64,000 bases of DNA, from assembly GCA_043805415.1 (NCBI GenBank), contig JAZDHZ010000009.1:13973-77972 (forward strand). The letters are read 5' to 3'. Each line of letters begins with the position of its first letter. Position 1 is the stretch's first letter. Below, piece by piece: positions 10,185 through 21,158 of this stretch. Origin of the DNA: Candidatus Omnitrophota bacterium (GTDB taxonomy: Bacteria > Omnitrophota > Gorgyraeia > B26-G9). Both the position numbers and the translations under genes were made by a program. The notes beneath the pieces were generated by a model. The model made no database searches. It saw only the letters and a program-made list of their open reading frames with translations, and was not told where the DNA came from.

Positions 10185-10790
10185 ATGGGGATAATTAGCG
10201 GGATATTAGTTAGTTTTTGTGCTTTATTTACTGTCCTTGATCCTATTGGATTATTACCGGCGTTTAAAGTGTTAAACCAGGAAATGCCGGCAAAAGAAAG
10301 TAAAAAGACGCTGATAAGCTCTCTGTATATGGCAATGGGGCTTGTGCTAGTTTTACTGATTGCCTGTCGGATTATTGCCTGGTTACTCGGGCTGGCTACC
10401 GCGGATTTTCAGATTGGCGGGGGGATTGGATTATTTGTCCTGTCAATTTATTATTTGCTCAAGCCGGAGCGGGAAAAAAAATTAAGTCCAGAAACAGTTA
10501 ATATCTTTCCTCTGGCTGCGCCGCTCATAATCGGGCCAAGTGTTTTAATCATGATTCTTGTTTTAATGAGCAGTTATGGTTTGATTATTACTAGTCTTAG
10601 TTTTGCGGCAAATATGGTTTTGATTTATGTAATTTTTAGAAATGCAAACAAAATTCAAGCTAGTTTGGGTGATAATGGGGTGGGTTTATTTTCCAAAACC
10701 GTTGGTATTTTATTGAGTGTGTTTGCGATTATGCTGATTCGAAAAGGACTGATTGCTTTATTTATGCTGACTTGCGCAAATAATCTGTAA
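10185..10790 (+). CDS. MarC-family (UPF0056) integral membrane protein
   Basis: ~200 aa, 6 TM helices, N-terminal LDPIGLLPAF resembles the MarC NPIGNIPIF motif. Confidence 0.6.
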   Translation: MGIISGILVSFCALFTVLDPIGLLPAFKVLNQEMPAKESKKTLISSLYMAMGLVLVLLIACRIIAWLLGLATADFQIGGGIGLFVLSIYYLLKPEREKKLSPETVNIFPLAAPLIIGPSVLIMILVLMSSYGLIITSLSFAANMVLIYVIFRNANKIQASLGDNGVGLFSKTVGILLSVFAIMLIRKGLIALFMLTCANNL

Positions 10791-10805
10791 TCGGATTATC
10801 CGACC

Positions 10806-11222
10806 ATGGAAAATATAGAAAAAAGAAGAGTGGTTCTAACCTTTCCCCAGCAGCTGTTGGATAAACCAATTACCTATCAACTGATTAAGGATTTTGATTT
10901 AATTGTAAATCTGCTTAAGGTAAAGATTACTCCTAAAGAAGAAGGGGTAATGGTTTTAGACCTAGAAGGCGAGCATATAAAATTAGAAAAAGGTCTGAAA
11001 TACTTAAAGAAAATCGGGATTCAAATTGAATCTTTGATTGAAGATATAAAGTGGGATGAGCATAAATGTACCCATTGTACGGAATGTGTTACGATTTGTC
11101 CGACTCAAGCTTTTGGCTTAAATCGGAAAATTATGAAAATTGAGTTTGATAAGAATAAATGTATTGCCTGCGGTTTATGCGTAAGTGTTTGTCCTTATGG
11201 GGCAATCGAAATAGTACTCTAG
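10806..11222 (+). CDS. NIL-domain protein fused to 2x[4Fe-4S] ferredoxin
   Basis: N-terminal NIL-like domain; two CxxCxxxCP motifs (CTHCTECVTICP, CIACGLCVSVCP). Confidence 0.7.
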   Translation: MENIEKRRVVLTFPQQLLDKPITYQLIKDFDLIVNLLKVKITPKEEGVMVLDLEGEHIKLEKGLKYLKKIGIQIESLIEDIKWDEHKCTHCTECVTICPTQAFGLNRKIMKIEFDKNKCIACGLCVSVCPYGAIEIVL

Positions 11223-11240
11223 GCTTAACGGAGGAGTAGG

Positions 11241-11693
11241 ATGATCAGAAAAATTAATGTAAATGATGCTGCGTTTGTCCAAGCATTAATAAATAAGTAT
11301 TCTAAGACTAATGCGGTGCTGCCGCGTTCTTTAAATGATATTTATGAAAATCTGCGCGACTTTTTTATTTATCAAGAGGATGATAAAATTATCGGCTGCT
11401 GTGCTTTGCATGTGACTTGGGATAATCTGGCTGAGATCCGCTCTTTGATTGTTGAAGAATCAATGCGGACAAAAGGTATCGGCAGTCTGCTGGTTGATGC
11501 TTGCTGCGCGGAAGCAAAACAATTAAAAGTAAAGAAGATATTCCTCTTAACTGCCAAACCAGAGTTTTTTAGTAAATTGGGTTTTAAAAAAATTGATAAA
11601 GCTGAGCTGCCGCATAAAATTTGGAGTGATTGTTTGAAGTGTATTCAGTTTCCGAATTGTAATGAAGATGCAATGGCTAAACAAATCGAATAA
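11241..11693 (+). CDS. GNAT-family N-acetyltransferase
   Basis: 150 aa; acetyl-CoA-binding motif region RTKGIGSLLV. Confidence 0.7.
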   Translation: MIRKINVNDAAFVQALINKYSKTNAVLPRSLNDIYENLRDFFIYQEDDKIIGCCALHVTWDNLAEIRSLIVEESMRTKGIGSLLVDACCAEAKQLKVKKIFLLTAKPEFFSKLGFKKIDKAELPHKIWSDCLKCIQFPNCNEDAMAKQIE

Positions 11694-11722
11694 ATAAAGC
11701 TAAATGCGAATGAGGAGGATTA

Positions 11723-13030
11723 ATGGGTTATACAATTTCAGAGAAGATTTTTAATCAGCATATAACCGGGCCAAAAGTTAAGGCTGGGGAATTTGTTTAT
11801 GCTAAAGTTGACTTGGCTTTAGGAAATGATGTAACCGCGCCGATCGCGATTGATCAGTTTAAAAAGCTGGGAGCGAAAAAAGTATATGATCGGAATAAAG
11901 TCGTGCTGGTTCCGGATCATTTTACTCCGGCTAAAGATATAAAAAGCGCTACTCAGGCAAAAATTCTGCGTGATTTTGCCGCGGAGCAGAACATAACCAA
12001 TTATTTTGAAGTCGGCAGAATGGGCATAGAACACGCGCTTTTGCCGGAAGTTGGTCTAATTAAACCCGGCAAATTAATCATTGGCGCGGATTCGCATACC
12101 TGTACCTATGGCGCTTTGGGTGCCTTTGCTACTGGCATGGGCTCGACTGATCTGGCAGCATGCTGGGCAACCGGTTATTCCTGGTTTAAAGTACCGCAAA
12201 CAATAAAATTTGTGTACAAAGGCAAGTTTAAAAAATGGGTTTGCGGAAAAGATTTAATTTTACATACCATTGGTCTTATCGGAGTTGACGGCGCTTTATA
12301 CAAAGCCATGGAATTTACTGGTCCGGTGATTGATAAAATGCCGATTGATGAGCGTTTGACCATGTCGAATATGGCAATTGAAGCCGGCGGTAAAGCCGGG
12401 ATGATTGCTCCGGATAAAATCACTTTTGATTATCTGGAAAAAGTTTGCGCCGCGGATTATAAAGGGGCTCAAGGTAAAAAGAAATGGGCCGCGGATATAA
12501 AAAAATGGACAGAATTAAAAAGTGATCCGGATGCGGTATATGAACAGGTTTTTGAAATAGATGTTTCCAAACTTGAACCTCAGGTTGCCTTGCCGCATTT
12601 GCCGAGTAATACAAAACCAGCTGGCCAAGTAAAGAACATGAAGATTGACCAGGTGGTTATTGGTTCATGTACAAATGGCCGAATCTCTGATTTAAGAGTA
12701 GCCGCAAAAATCTTAAAAGGAAAGAAAATCCATCCGAAAGTGCGCTGTATTATTTTTCCCGCGACTCAGGCAATTTATTTACAGGCAATGAAAGAAGGTT
12801 TGATTGAGATTTTTGTAAAAGCCGACGCGGTTGTCTCAACTCCTACTTGCGGTCCGTGTTTGGGCGGGCATATGGGAATCCTGGCCAAAGGCGAAAGAGC
12901 AATTGCCACAACTAATCGCAATTTTGTTGGACGCATGGGGCATCCGGGCAGTGAAGTAGTGCTGAGCAGTCCGGCGGTTGCCGCGGCAAGCGCGCTAACT
13001 GGTAAAATCACAGACCCGCAAACACTGTAA
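11723..13030 (+). CDS. leuC: 3-isopropylmalate dehydratase large subunit (aconitase-family; homoaconitase/HACN type possible)
   Basis: Aconitase catalytic-domain motifs ([11 protein letters not shown], three Cys ligands); paired with small subunit and leuB. Confidence 0.85.
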   Translation: MGYTISEKIFNQHITGPKVKAGEFVYAKVDLALGNDVTAPIAIDQFKKLGAKKVYDRNKVVLVPDHFTPAKDIKSATQAKILRDFAAEQNITNYFEVGRMGIEHALLPEVGLIKPGKLIIGADSHTCTYGALGAFATGMGSTDLAACWATGYSWFKVPQTIKFVYKGKFKKWVCGKDLILHTIGLIGVDGALYKAMEFTGPVIDKMPIDERLTMSNMAIEAGGKAGMIAPDKITFDYLEKVCAADYKGAQGKKKWAADIKKWTELKSDPDAVYEQVFEIDVSKLEPQVALPHLPSNTKPAGQVKNMKIDQVVIGSCTNGRISDLRVAAKILKGKKIHPKVRCIIFPATQAIYLQAMKEGLIEIFVKADAVVSTPTCGPCLGGHMGILAKGERAIATTNRNFVGRMGHPGSEVVLSSPAVAAASALTGKITDPQTL

Positions 13031-13061
13031 AATAATTAAAAAAAATAAAGAGGGAAAACTC

Positions 13062-13562
13062 ATGAAACTTAAAGGATCAGTTTGGAAGTTTGGCGAGAAT
13101 ATAAATACTGATGAAATAATCGCGGCTCGATTTTTAACAACTTTTGATTCCCAAGAACTGGGTGAGCATTGCATGGAAGATATTGATCAGGATTTTCCGA
13201 AAAAAGTTTCAGCCGGCGATATTATGGTTGCCGGCAAGAATTTCGGCTGCGGCTCTTCAAGAGAGCATGCTCCAATCGCAATAAAAGGCTGCGGAATTTC
13301 CTGCGTTATTGCGGAAAGTTTTGCCCGGATTTTTTATCGTAACGCGATTAATATTGGTTTGCCGATACTTGTCTGTGAAAATATTTCCGCGGAAATTAAT
13401 CAAAAAGATGTGATTGAAGTTGATGTAAACCAGGGAATTATTTACAACACAACTCAAGATAAATCATATAAAACTGACAAATTCGCGGATTTTATGCAGG
13501 AAATTGTCAATTCCGGCGGTTTGATGGAGTGGACTAAAAAGAAAGGATTGGCAAAGAAATGA
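13062..13562 (+). CDS. leuD: 3-isopropylmalate dehydratase small subunit
   Basis: Aconitase swivel domain, 166 aa ([10 protein letters not shown] motif). Confidence 0.85.
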   Translation: MKLKGSVWKFGENINTDEIIAARFLTTFDSQELGEHCMEDIDQDFPKKVSAGDIMVAGKNFGCGSSREHAPIAIKGCGISCVIAESFARIFYRNAINIGLPILVCENISAEINQKDVIEVDVNQGIIYNTTQDKSYKTDKFADFMQEIVNSGGLMEWTKKKGLAKK

Positions 13563-13810
13563 AAGTTGAACAAACGGTGATTGAAGTGACTATTTTTATG
13601 CAAAATAGCCGGGTTGAGGGAAAATTACATTTACCCTCTGGCGGCAGATTAACGGATTACATGGCTTTAGCGGAAAGGCAATTTGTTCCAGTTACTGACG
13701 CGAAAATTTATGTTGTGCCGACAAATGAATTATTATATACAGTATCTTTTTTGAGTTTAAATAAAGATTTTATTATTTTTATTTTTCCGAAAGAATATCG
13801 AACAAATTAA
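13559..13810 (+). CDS. hypothetical 83-aa protein between leuD and leuB
   Basis: ORF overlaps leuD stop (ATGA); no recognisable family; may be real or spurious. Confidence 0.3.
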   Translation: MKVEQTVIEVTIFMQNSRVEGKLHLPSGGRLTDYMALAERQFVPVTDAKIYVVPTNELLYTVSFLSLNKDFIIFIFPKEYRTN

Positions 13811-13858
13811 ACTAGTGGATAATATTCCGAATAATAAATCACAAACAGGAGAGTGAAT

Positions 13859-14911
13859 ATGTATAAGATCGCGGTTATGCCCGGAGATGGAACTGGACCA
13901 GAAGTGGTAAACGAAGGGTTGAAAGTTTTAGCCCATGTTAGTAAAAAATACGGATTTGAATATGAGACTAAACATTTTGATTGCGGCGGAGATCGTTATT
14001 TAAAAACCGGGCTGACAATTACTGATGAAGAGATTGAAGATTTAAAGACATTTGACGCTATATTTCTCGGCGCAATCGGTCATCCGGATGTAAAACCCGG
14101 TATCCTTGAACAGGGCATACTTTTAAAAACCAGATTCGCGCTTGATCAATACATTAATTTAAGACCAATAAAACTTTACAATGACGCTTTTTGTCCGATT
14201 AAAGATAAAAAGCCGGAAGATGTTGATTTTGTTGTGGTGCGGGAAAACTCCGAAGGTCTGTATAAAGGAATGGGAGAGTTTAAAAATAAAGGCACAGCTG
14301 ATGAAGTGGCTATCCAGATTTCGTATAATACCCGCAAAGGGGTTGAGCGTTGCATTCGCTATGCTTTTGAATATACGCGAAAGCGGAATAAAAGGAAAAA
14401 CCTTACGCTTTGCGGAAAGACTAATGTGTTAACTTTTGCCTGGGATCTTTGGCAAAGGGTTTTTAATGAAGTGGCAAAGGAATATCCGGATATTACCACT
14501 GACTACGCGCATGTTGACGCGACTACAATGTGGTTTGTGAAAAACCCGGAATGGTTTGATGTTATTGTAACCGATAATATGTTTGGGGATATTATCACTG
14601 ACCTGGGAGCAATGGTTCAGGGCGGGATGGGGATTGCTGCCGGCGGTAATATTAATCCCGAAGGAGTTTCGATGTTTGAGCCGATTGGCGGATCAGCGCC
14701 GAAATATACCGGCAAGAATGTAATTAATCCTTTGGCAGCTATCTGCTCCGTAAGCATGCTTTTAGAAACATTGGGCGAAAATAAAGCAGCCAGGGCTATT
14801 GAAGCGGCAGTAATGAAAATCGTTAAAAATGATTTAAAAAGTCTCGGTGCTGGAAAAATGGGTTACTCAACTACTGAAATTGGTGCTTTGGTAGTAAGTA
14901 ATATAAAATAA
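13859..14911 (+). CDS. leuB: 3-isopropylmalate dehydrogenase (IDH/IMDH family)
   Basis: Family motifs ([21 protein letters not shown]); ATG 13859 with AGGAGAG RBS preferred over GTG 13853. Confidence 0.85.
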   Translation: MYKIAVMPGDGTGPEVVNEGLKVLAHVSKKYGFEYETKHFDCGGDRYLKTGLTITDEEIEDLKTFDAIFLGAIGHPDVKPGILEQGILLKTRFALDQYINLRPIKLYNDAFCPIKDKKPEDVDFVVVRENSEGLYKGMGEFKNKGTADEVAIQISYNTRKGVERCIRYAFEYTRKRNKRKNLTLCGKTNVLTFAWDLWQRVFNEVAKEYPDITTDYAHVDATTMWFVKNPEWFDVIVTDNMFGDIITDLGAMVQGGMGIAAGGNINPEGVSMFEPIGGSAPKYTGKNVINPLAAICSVSMLLETLGENKAARAIEAAVMKIVKNDLKSLGAGKMGYSTTEIGALVVSNIK

Positions 14912-14944
14912 TATTGATTTTAATAAAAAGGGTTTAAATAAAAA

Positions 14945-16000
14945 ATGAAAACACTCAAAAATAAGAAAAAATTTAATGTCGCGGTTGTTGGGGTGGGAGC
15001 GGTTGGCGCGGAAATGTTAAGAGTTTTAAGACAGCATAACTTTCCGATTGGAACACTTAAAGTGCTTGCCCGCAGTGCCCGAAAAATAAATGTTGATGGA
15101 CAAGAGTATAATGTTGAAAAAATAACAAATAATTCTTTTGAGGGCATTGACTTTGCTTTGTTTGCCGGAACCGAAGGCGCGAAAGGCGCGGCCGTAACTT
15201 ATGCTCCGGCCGCGGTAAAAAGCGGAGCAATTGTTATTGATAATGGCTCTGATTTTCGACTAAATAAAGATGTTCCGCTAATTGTGCCGGAAGTCAACGC
15301 TGCTGATGCTAAAAAACATAAGGGAATTATTGCCAATCCTAATTGTTCAACTATTCAAATGGTAGCAGCCATAGCTCCGATTTATAAAAAAGTTGGGATA
15401 AAAAGAATAATTGTTTCTACTTATCAGGCAGCTAGCGGAGCCGGGAAAAGCGCTTTAAAGCAGCTGTGGGATGAAACCGCTAAAATGCATTCATCGAAAA
15501 AACTGGATAACGCGGTGATTTGCCCGATGTTAAGTGAAAAAGATTTTAAACCAGAGGCATTTCCTCATCAGTTAGCATTTAATCTGCTGGCGCAGATCGG
15601 CGGGTTTGGCGAAGATGATTATACTTCTGAAGAATGGAAAATGGTGCATGAAACCCATAAGATTTTTAAAACCAAAAAAATCAAAATTTCCGCAACCTGT
15701 ATCCGGGTTCCGGTACTTAATTCACACTCGGAATCGATTTATCTGGAAACAGCTAAGCCGATAACTCCCCAAGCAGTAAAAAAACTATTGCAAACAGCAA
15801 AAGGAGTTGTCGTGGTTGATGATCCCAAAAAAGGGTTGTATCCAATGCCCGGCAAAGCTTCGGGAACTGATCAGGTTTATGTTGGACGTATCCGCAGAGA
15901 TCCGTTTGTAAAAAATGGCTTATGGCTTTGGGTTGTAAGCGATAATTTAAGAAAAGGCGCGGCGGCTAATGCTGTACAAATCGCTGAATGTCTAATCTAA
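14945..16000 (+). CDS. asd: aspartate-semialdehyde dehydrogenase
   Basis: N-terminal Rossmann fold VAVVGVGAVG; active-site NPNCSTIQMV. Confidence 0.9.
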   Translation: MKTLKNKKKFNVAVVGVGAVGAEMLRVLRQHNFPIGTLKVLARSARKINVDGQEYNVEKITNNSFEGIDFALFAGTEGAKGAAVTYAPAAVKSGAIVIDNGSDFRLNKDVPLIVPEVNAADAKKHKGIIANPNCSTIQMVAAIAPIYKKVGIKRIIVSTYQAASGAGKSALKQLWDETAKMHSSKKLDNAVICPMLSEKDFKPEAFPHQLAFNLLAQIGGFGEDDYTSEEWKMVHETHKIFKTKKIKISATCIRVPVLNSHSESIYLETAKPITPQAVKKLLQTAKGVVVVDDPKKGLYPMPGKASGTDQVYVGRIRRDPFVKNGLWLWVVSDNLRKGAAANAVQIAECLI

Positions 16001-16059
16001 TAGTTTTTTAATTTAAAATTTCATCTTATGAAATCCTGAAAATTAGGAAAATCTACGAT

Positions 16060-16821
16060 TTGAAAAATATTCTTCTGAAAATTGAATATGATGGCACTGG
16101 TTATAAAGGGTGGCAGACGCAGAGATTTAAATCTGGGGCAAGCTTGCCGGCTAAAGTGGCAACTATTCAGCAGTCAATCGAAGGGGCCTTGTCGATAATT
16201 CTGCAGAAAAAGATCTCAATTGCCGGCTCAGGCCGAACCGATTCCGGGGTTCACGCTAAAGAGCAAGTTGCCAATTTTAAAATAAATACTGATATTCCGA
16301 TCAGTAAAATAAAAAAATCACTTAATTCTCTTTTGCCTCGCGATATAATAATTAAACAAATAAAGTATGTTGATTTGGAATTTCATGCCCGGTTTAGTGC
16401 CAAATCCAAACTTTATCGTTATACTATTCTTAACCGTTCTTATGGATCGGCTTTTTTAAAAAATTATGTTTTTCACTGTGTGCCGCCTTTAAACGCGGCA
16501 CTTATGGCTAAAGAAGCCGGACAACTAAAAGGGACTCATGATTTTCGTTCTTTTCAGGCAAGTGATAAAAAGCCAAGAAGCTCGATTCGCACAATTAAAA
16601 AAATTTCCGTTAAAACCCAAGATGATTTAATTTTTATTGATATTCAAGCTGACGGCTTTCTTTATAATATGGTAAGAAATATTGCCGGCACCTTGGTTGA
16701 GATCGGCAGAGGGAAGATGCCTAAGGGAACAATGAAAAAGCTATTGGATGTAAAAGATCGGACTTTTGCCGGCCCAACTGCTCCGGCTTCAGGTTTGTGT
16801 TTGATAAAGGTGATGTATTAA
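16060..16821 (+). CDS. truA: tRNA pseudouridine(38-40) synthase TruA
   Basis: KIEYDGTGYKGWQ and catalytic RTDSGVHA motifs; TTG start. Confidence 0.85.
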   Translation: MKNILLKIEYDGTGYKGWQTQRFKSGASLPAKVATIQQSIEGALSIILQKKISIAGSGRTDSGVHAKEQVANFKINTDIPISKIKKSLNSLLPRDIIIKQIKYVDLEFHARFSAKSKLYRYTILNRSYGSAFLKNYVFHCVPPLNAALMAKEAGQLKGTHDFRSFQASDKKPRSSIRTIKKISVKTQDDLIFIDIQADGFLYNMVRNIAGTLVEIGRGKMPKGTMKKLLDVKDRTFAGPTAPASGLCLIKVMY

Positions 16822-18623
16822 TGAAAAAAATATTTTCAATAGTTTTATGCTGTTTAATTATCGGTCTTATTCTGCCTAATTCAGGTAAAGCGATTACAGC
16901 TGCCATTGAAAATAATTCGGATATGGCTAAAATGCATCAGCAGTATTTTAACGCGGATAACCAGCAAATAAAGATGATCATGTTTTCTTTATGGAAAGAC
17001 GCGGTAATCCAATTATACGTCAACAAGGAATATGAACAAGCGGAAAAAGAGCTTGAGCTTTTATTAACTGAAAACCCGGATGATTTCAGTGTGTTTAAGC
17101 TTTTAATTGAAGTGCTGCTTATTGAGCAAAAAATCAATAAAGCGATAAGTGGTTGCGAAAACTTTCTTAGCCAGAATCCGAATAATCTCGATGTCCTTTT
17201 AATGTTAAGTCAGATATATCTTGATAATAGTGATCCTTTGCGGGCCAAAAAATATATTAACCGTGTTTTTGAAGTTGAGCCAGATAACTATGATGCCAGC
17301 ATTTATATGGGGCAAGCTTTAATTTTAGACAATAAACAATTGCAGGCGGTGTATTATTTTGCTAAAGCTCAATATGTTAAACCTGAAGAGATATCAACTT
17401 ACCTTAATCTCGGACAAATATATTTTGAAAATAATGAATATGACGCGGCAATTGAACAGCTGGAAGAAGGTTTAAAAAATAATCAAAATAATTTAGAATT
17501 ACTGGAATTGCTAGCCTTCTCGTACGCGGCAGTTAATAAAAATAATAAAGCAATAAAAACTTCCGAGAATATTTTGGCCTTAGATCCAAATAATGATCGG
17601 GTGCGTATTGAATTAGCTCGAATATATCTTTCTAAAGAAAAATATCACAAAGCAAGTAAAGTGCTGGAACAAGTCAGCGAATCGCAGGATTATGTATATC
17701 AAAAAAATATTATGCTTGCTTTTGCCTACGGGGCTTTGGCCAAGATAAGTAAAATAAGCTTTATCATGTCTACGCATCCCGGTGTTTTTGCGATTATTAT
17801 CGGGTCAGTTGTTTTATTGTTTTTGTTTTCTTTGGGGCTTATTGGGGCATTGTTTGTCGCTGCTTTTTTGATTGGTAAGAAAACAAGGCATAAGCCAATA
17901 AAATTTAAAAATATACACTGGTCTTTGCCACAGGCATTCTTTGTCTGTATTGTGCTGTTTACTTTACCGCTAGTCTTTGAGGTTTTGCTGGGCGGGATTG
18001 TTTACAATAACTGGTTATTATTTTTATCTCCGACTAAAAACATGCAATCAAGTTCCGGTCAGAATTCTTTATTAGCCCAATTTATTACTGTGGTTTTAAC
18101 TAGCGGCATTGTTTTTTGGTTTGCCATTAAACGAAATGGCCAGAGCCTGCGGGATCTTGGTTTTCGCTGGGTTAGAATTAAAAAATTTGCTTTTCTGGCA
18201 ATACTGTCAATACTAATGATTTTCCTGTTTAACGCTTTATATATGGGGTTATTTTCAGTGCTCTCAGGGGCTTATCCGGAACAGCAGTTTATCGTACAAT
18301 TAATTGCCAAGGCAGGTAATTCTGGGCACATGGTGGGATTGTTTTTATTCGCGGTGATTGTAAGTCCTTTTGCTGAGGAAATAATTTTTCGCGGATTTAT
18401 ATACTCGGGATTACGCAGACATTGTGGATTTGTCGCGGCCGGGATAATAAGTTCGTTTATCTTCGGCATTTTTCATTTGCAAGGCAGTCTGTTTCTTCCC
18501 ATAGCTTTTATGGGCTTTGTTTTGGCTTGGCTGTTTGAGCGAACACGGAGTATTTTGCCCGCGGTGATTGTACATATGCTTTGGAATCTAATTACTTTTC
18601 TAAATTTAATTTTTTTATCATAA
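16821..18623 (+). CDS. TPR-repeat protein fused to a CPBP-family (CAAX/Abi) intramembrane metalloprotease
   Basis: Signal peptide, ~300 aa of TPR repeats, multi-TM region with EExxxR (AEEIIFRGF), FxxxH (FGIFHL) and HxxxN (HMLWN) motifs; AAAGGTGA RBS before ATG 16821. Confidence 0.7.
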   Translation: MKKIFSIVLCCLIIGLILPNSGKAITAAIENNSDMAKMHQQYFNADNQQIKMIMFSLWKDAVIQLYVNKEYEQAEKELELLLTENPDDFSVFKLLIEVLLIEQKINKAISGCENFLSQNPNNLDVLLMLSQIYLDNSDPLRAKKYINRVFEVEPDNYDASIYMGQALILDNKQLQAVYYFAKAQYVKPEEISTYLNLGQIYFENNEYDAAIEQLEEGLKNNQNNLELLELLAFSYAAVNKNNKAIKTSENILALDPNNDRVRIELARIYLSKEKYHKASKVLEQVSESQDYVYQKNIMLAFAYGALAKISKISFIMSTHPGVFAIIIGSVVLLFLFSLGLIGALFVAAFLIGKKTRHKPIKFKNIHWSLPQAFFVCIVLFTLPLVFEVLLGGIVYNNWLLFLSPTKNMQSSSGQNSLLAQFITVVLTSGIVFWFAIKRNGQSLRDLGFRWVRIKKFAFLAILSILMIFLFNALYMGLFSVLSGAYPEQQFIVQLIAKAGNSGHMVGLFLFAVIVSPFAEEIIFRGFIYSGLRRHCGFVAAGIISSFIFGIFHLQGSLFLPIAFMGFVLAWLFERTRSILPAVIVHMLWNLITFLNLIFLS

Positions 18624-18738
18624 CTTAAAGTTATCGCAGATATAAAAGTATTGACACGTATTTGAATTTTTGTTATTCTGAAATCTGTAAGTAGCGTGTA
18701 ATTCCTTCAAATCAGGGGTGAAAAACTAAGGGGGAGCA

Positions 18739-19701
18739 ATGGACAAAGATTTAAAAGTAGGTCAAGGGATTCCATTTGATCCGATTGAGCCGGATATTGA
18801 CCGAGTATCAGAACCAGCACCGCGGTCAATTGAACCACAAGACTATAAGCCAACTGCTGGTAAGACCAAACCCGCAAAGAAAAAAGGCGGCTCTCCAATT
18901 GTAGTTATTTTCTTAGTAATTCTTGCGGTTTTTGCTATTTCAGCAGCTGGATTTTTATACATGGAAAAAGCAAAAGAGACAGCTTTTAGAAAAAATATTG
19001 AAGTGCAGCTTGAAAAAAATATTCTGGAAAAACTTGAAGTTGAAGGAAATCTCAAGGATACTTTATTGAAAAAAAATCAACTAGAGATAGACTTGGAGCA
19101 GGGTAGAGTAAATTATAGTATTCTTATGACTCAGTATCAGCAGGCACAAGCTGACAATGAAAAGATGATGGTAAAGTTTAACGGAAAAATGGAATTGATT
19201 TCTTCGCTTAAGTCAAAATTAGCAAAAGAAGAAAAAGATAATTCTCGGATAAGTGAAAAATTAGCCAAGGTTAATAGTGAATTTGATGATGTGAAAACAC
19301 AGTTAGGCCAGATTCGTATGGCTAAAGAAGCGCTGGAAAACAGAATTATAGAGATGAAACGCAAGAAAGAGTTAAGTGCTTCTGTTGAACTTGAGACTAT
19401 TGTTGTTGATCCAAATAGTAACAATGCTATACCGGCTACACAGGGTTTTAGTCCTTTACCGCCTCCGGCAAAATTAGAAGGCCAGGTATTGGTTGTGAAT
19501 AAAGAATTTGCTTTTATTGTTGTTAACATTGGCGAGAAAGATGGAATTAAAAACTCTGATGTTTTGACAGTTTTTAAAGGCACGCAAGTGATTGGCAAGG
19601 TTCAGGTTGAACGGATTTATGATACTATGTCTTCCGCAGTGATTTTGCCGGAACAGACAACTAAGGATATTCAGGAAGGCGATATAGTTAAGCTGCTGTG
19701 A
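18739..19701 (+). CDS. hypothetical coiled-coil membrane-anchored protein with small C-terminal beta-domain
   Basis: Pro-rich N-terminus, one TM helix, ~170-aa coiled coil, C-terminal ~70-aa globular domain. Confidence 0.5.
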   Translation: MDKDLKVGQGIPFDPIEPDIDRVSEPAPRSIEPQDYKPTAGKTKPAKKKGGSPIVVIFLVILAVFAISAAGFLYMEKAKETAFRKNIEVQLEKNILEKLEVEGNLKDTLLKKNQLEIDLEQGRVNYSILMTQYQQAQADNEKMMVKFNGKMELISSLKSKLAKEEKDNSRISEKLAKVNSEFDDVKTQLGQIRMAKEALENRIIEMKRKKELSASVELETIVVDPNSNNAIPATQGFSPLPPPAKLEGQVLVVNKEFAFIVVNIGEKDGIKNSDVLTVFKGTQVIGKVQVERIYDTMSSAVILPEQTTKDIQEGDIVKLL

Positions 19702-19764
19702 GGTAATTAATATAATGGCGATTTTAAGGGGGGAGTTATTTAGCTTCCCCCTTTTAGTTATGGA

Positions 19765-21093
19765 TTGTTTATGGTCAAGCAAATTAAAATCAAAAGAATT
19801 AAAAAGTTAAAAGGATGGATGATTGCTCCCGCGGATAAATCTATATCTCAGAGAGCCGTTATGCTTAGTGCTTTGGCTCAAGGCAAAACCAGAATTGATA
19901 ATTTTCTCGACTGTGCTGATTGCCGAAACGCAATTACTGCTTTTAAAGCTATGGGCATAAAATTCAAGAAATTAAAAGAACATAATCAAACCGTGCTTTA
20001 TGTGCAAGGCAAGGGATTACATGGCTTAAAACCGCCTAAGCAGCCGCTTTATATGGGTAACTCCGGCACAACAATTAGACTGATTGCCGGGATTTTAGCT
20101 GGCATGGGGTTCAGCAGTGAGCTTTCCGCTGATCCATCATTGTCCCAGCGTCCGATGAAGCGGATTATTGATCCGTTGCGCAAGATGGGCGCAAACATAT
20201 CCGGGTTAGCTAAAAATCAACAAGAATATCCTCCGCTTAAGATCAAACCAAGTAAACTCCAGTCAATTGATTATAAAATGCGATTAAAAAGCGCTCAAGT
20301 AAAATCATGTATTTTGCTGGCAGGTTTATTTGCCAAGGGAAAAACAAAAGTTAAAGAAATTTTAAAAACACGCGATCACACCGAACGCATGCTTCAATTG
20401 TTTAATGCTGATATCCATGTCCAAGGATTAAATATTAGCATTAAAGGTGATCAGGAATTAATAACTCCCGGACAATTATTTATTCCCGGAGATATCTCTT
20501 CAGCGGCTTTTTTTATCGTAGCAGCCACATTAATCAGCGGATCGAAAATTGTAATCAAACAAGTTGGCTTAAATCCAACCCGAACCGGTTTTTTTCAAAT
20601 TATGCGCCGGATGCAAGCGGATATTAAGATATTAAAAAAAAACGCGAAGTTAAACTTGCCTGAACCATACGCGGATATTCAAGTCAGCGCTAGCAAACTT
20701 AAAGCAGTGGTAATTAGAGCTAAGGAAGTAAGTTATTGTATAGATGAGTTACCGATTATTTGTGTCGCGGCTTGTTTTGCCAAAGGGACAACCAAGATAA
20801 TTGGAGCAAGCGAATTAAGAGTAAAAGAGACAGATAGAATCAATTCTATGGTTAGTAATTTAAAAAAAATGGGAGCAGATATCAAAAATATTAAAGATGA
20901 TCTGATTATTAAAGGTACTGGGAAATTAAAAGGCGCGGTACTGGATAGTTATGGTGATCATCGCACTGTTATGTGCATGGCAATAGCGGGTTTAATGTCC
21001 GATGGCGTTACAATCATCAGAGATAGTGAATGTATTAATAAATCGTTTCCGGATTTTATGAAAATTCTTAAAAGTATTACGGAATTGACATAA
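19765..21093 (+). CDS. aroA: 3-phosphoshikimate 1-carboxyvinyltransferase (EPSP synthase)
   Basis: KSISQRA..., LYMGNSGTTIRL and RPM motifs; ~440 aa. Confidence 0.9.
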   Translation: MFMVKQIKIKRIKKLKGWMIAPADKSISQRAVMLSALAQGKTRIDNFLDCADCRNAITAFKAMGIKFKKLKEHNQTVLYVQGKGLHGLKPPKQPLYMGNSGTTIRLIAGILAGMGFSSELSADPSLSQRPMKRIIDPLRKMGANISGLAKNQQEYPPLKIKPSKLQSIDYKMRLKSAQVKSCILLAGLFAKGKTKVKEILKTRDHTERMLQLFNADIHVQGLNISIKGDQELITPGQLFIPGDISSAAFFIVAATLISGSKIVIKQVGLNPTRTGFFQIMRRMQADIKILKKNAKLNLPEPYADIQVSASKLKAVVIRAKEVSYCIDELPIICVAACFAKGTTKIIGASELRVKETDRINSMVSNLKKMGADIKNIKDDLIIKGTGKLKGAVLDSYGDHRTVMCMAIAGLMSDGVTIIRDSECINKSFPDFMKILKSITELT

Positions 21094-21158
21094 AGCTGTG
21101 GTTATGTTATAACAAAAGTGCTTTATATTAATAAATATATAACTGAAAGAGGGCTGCA

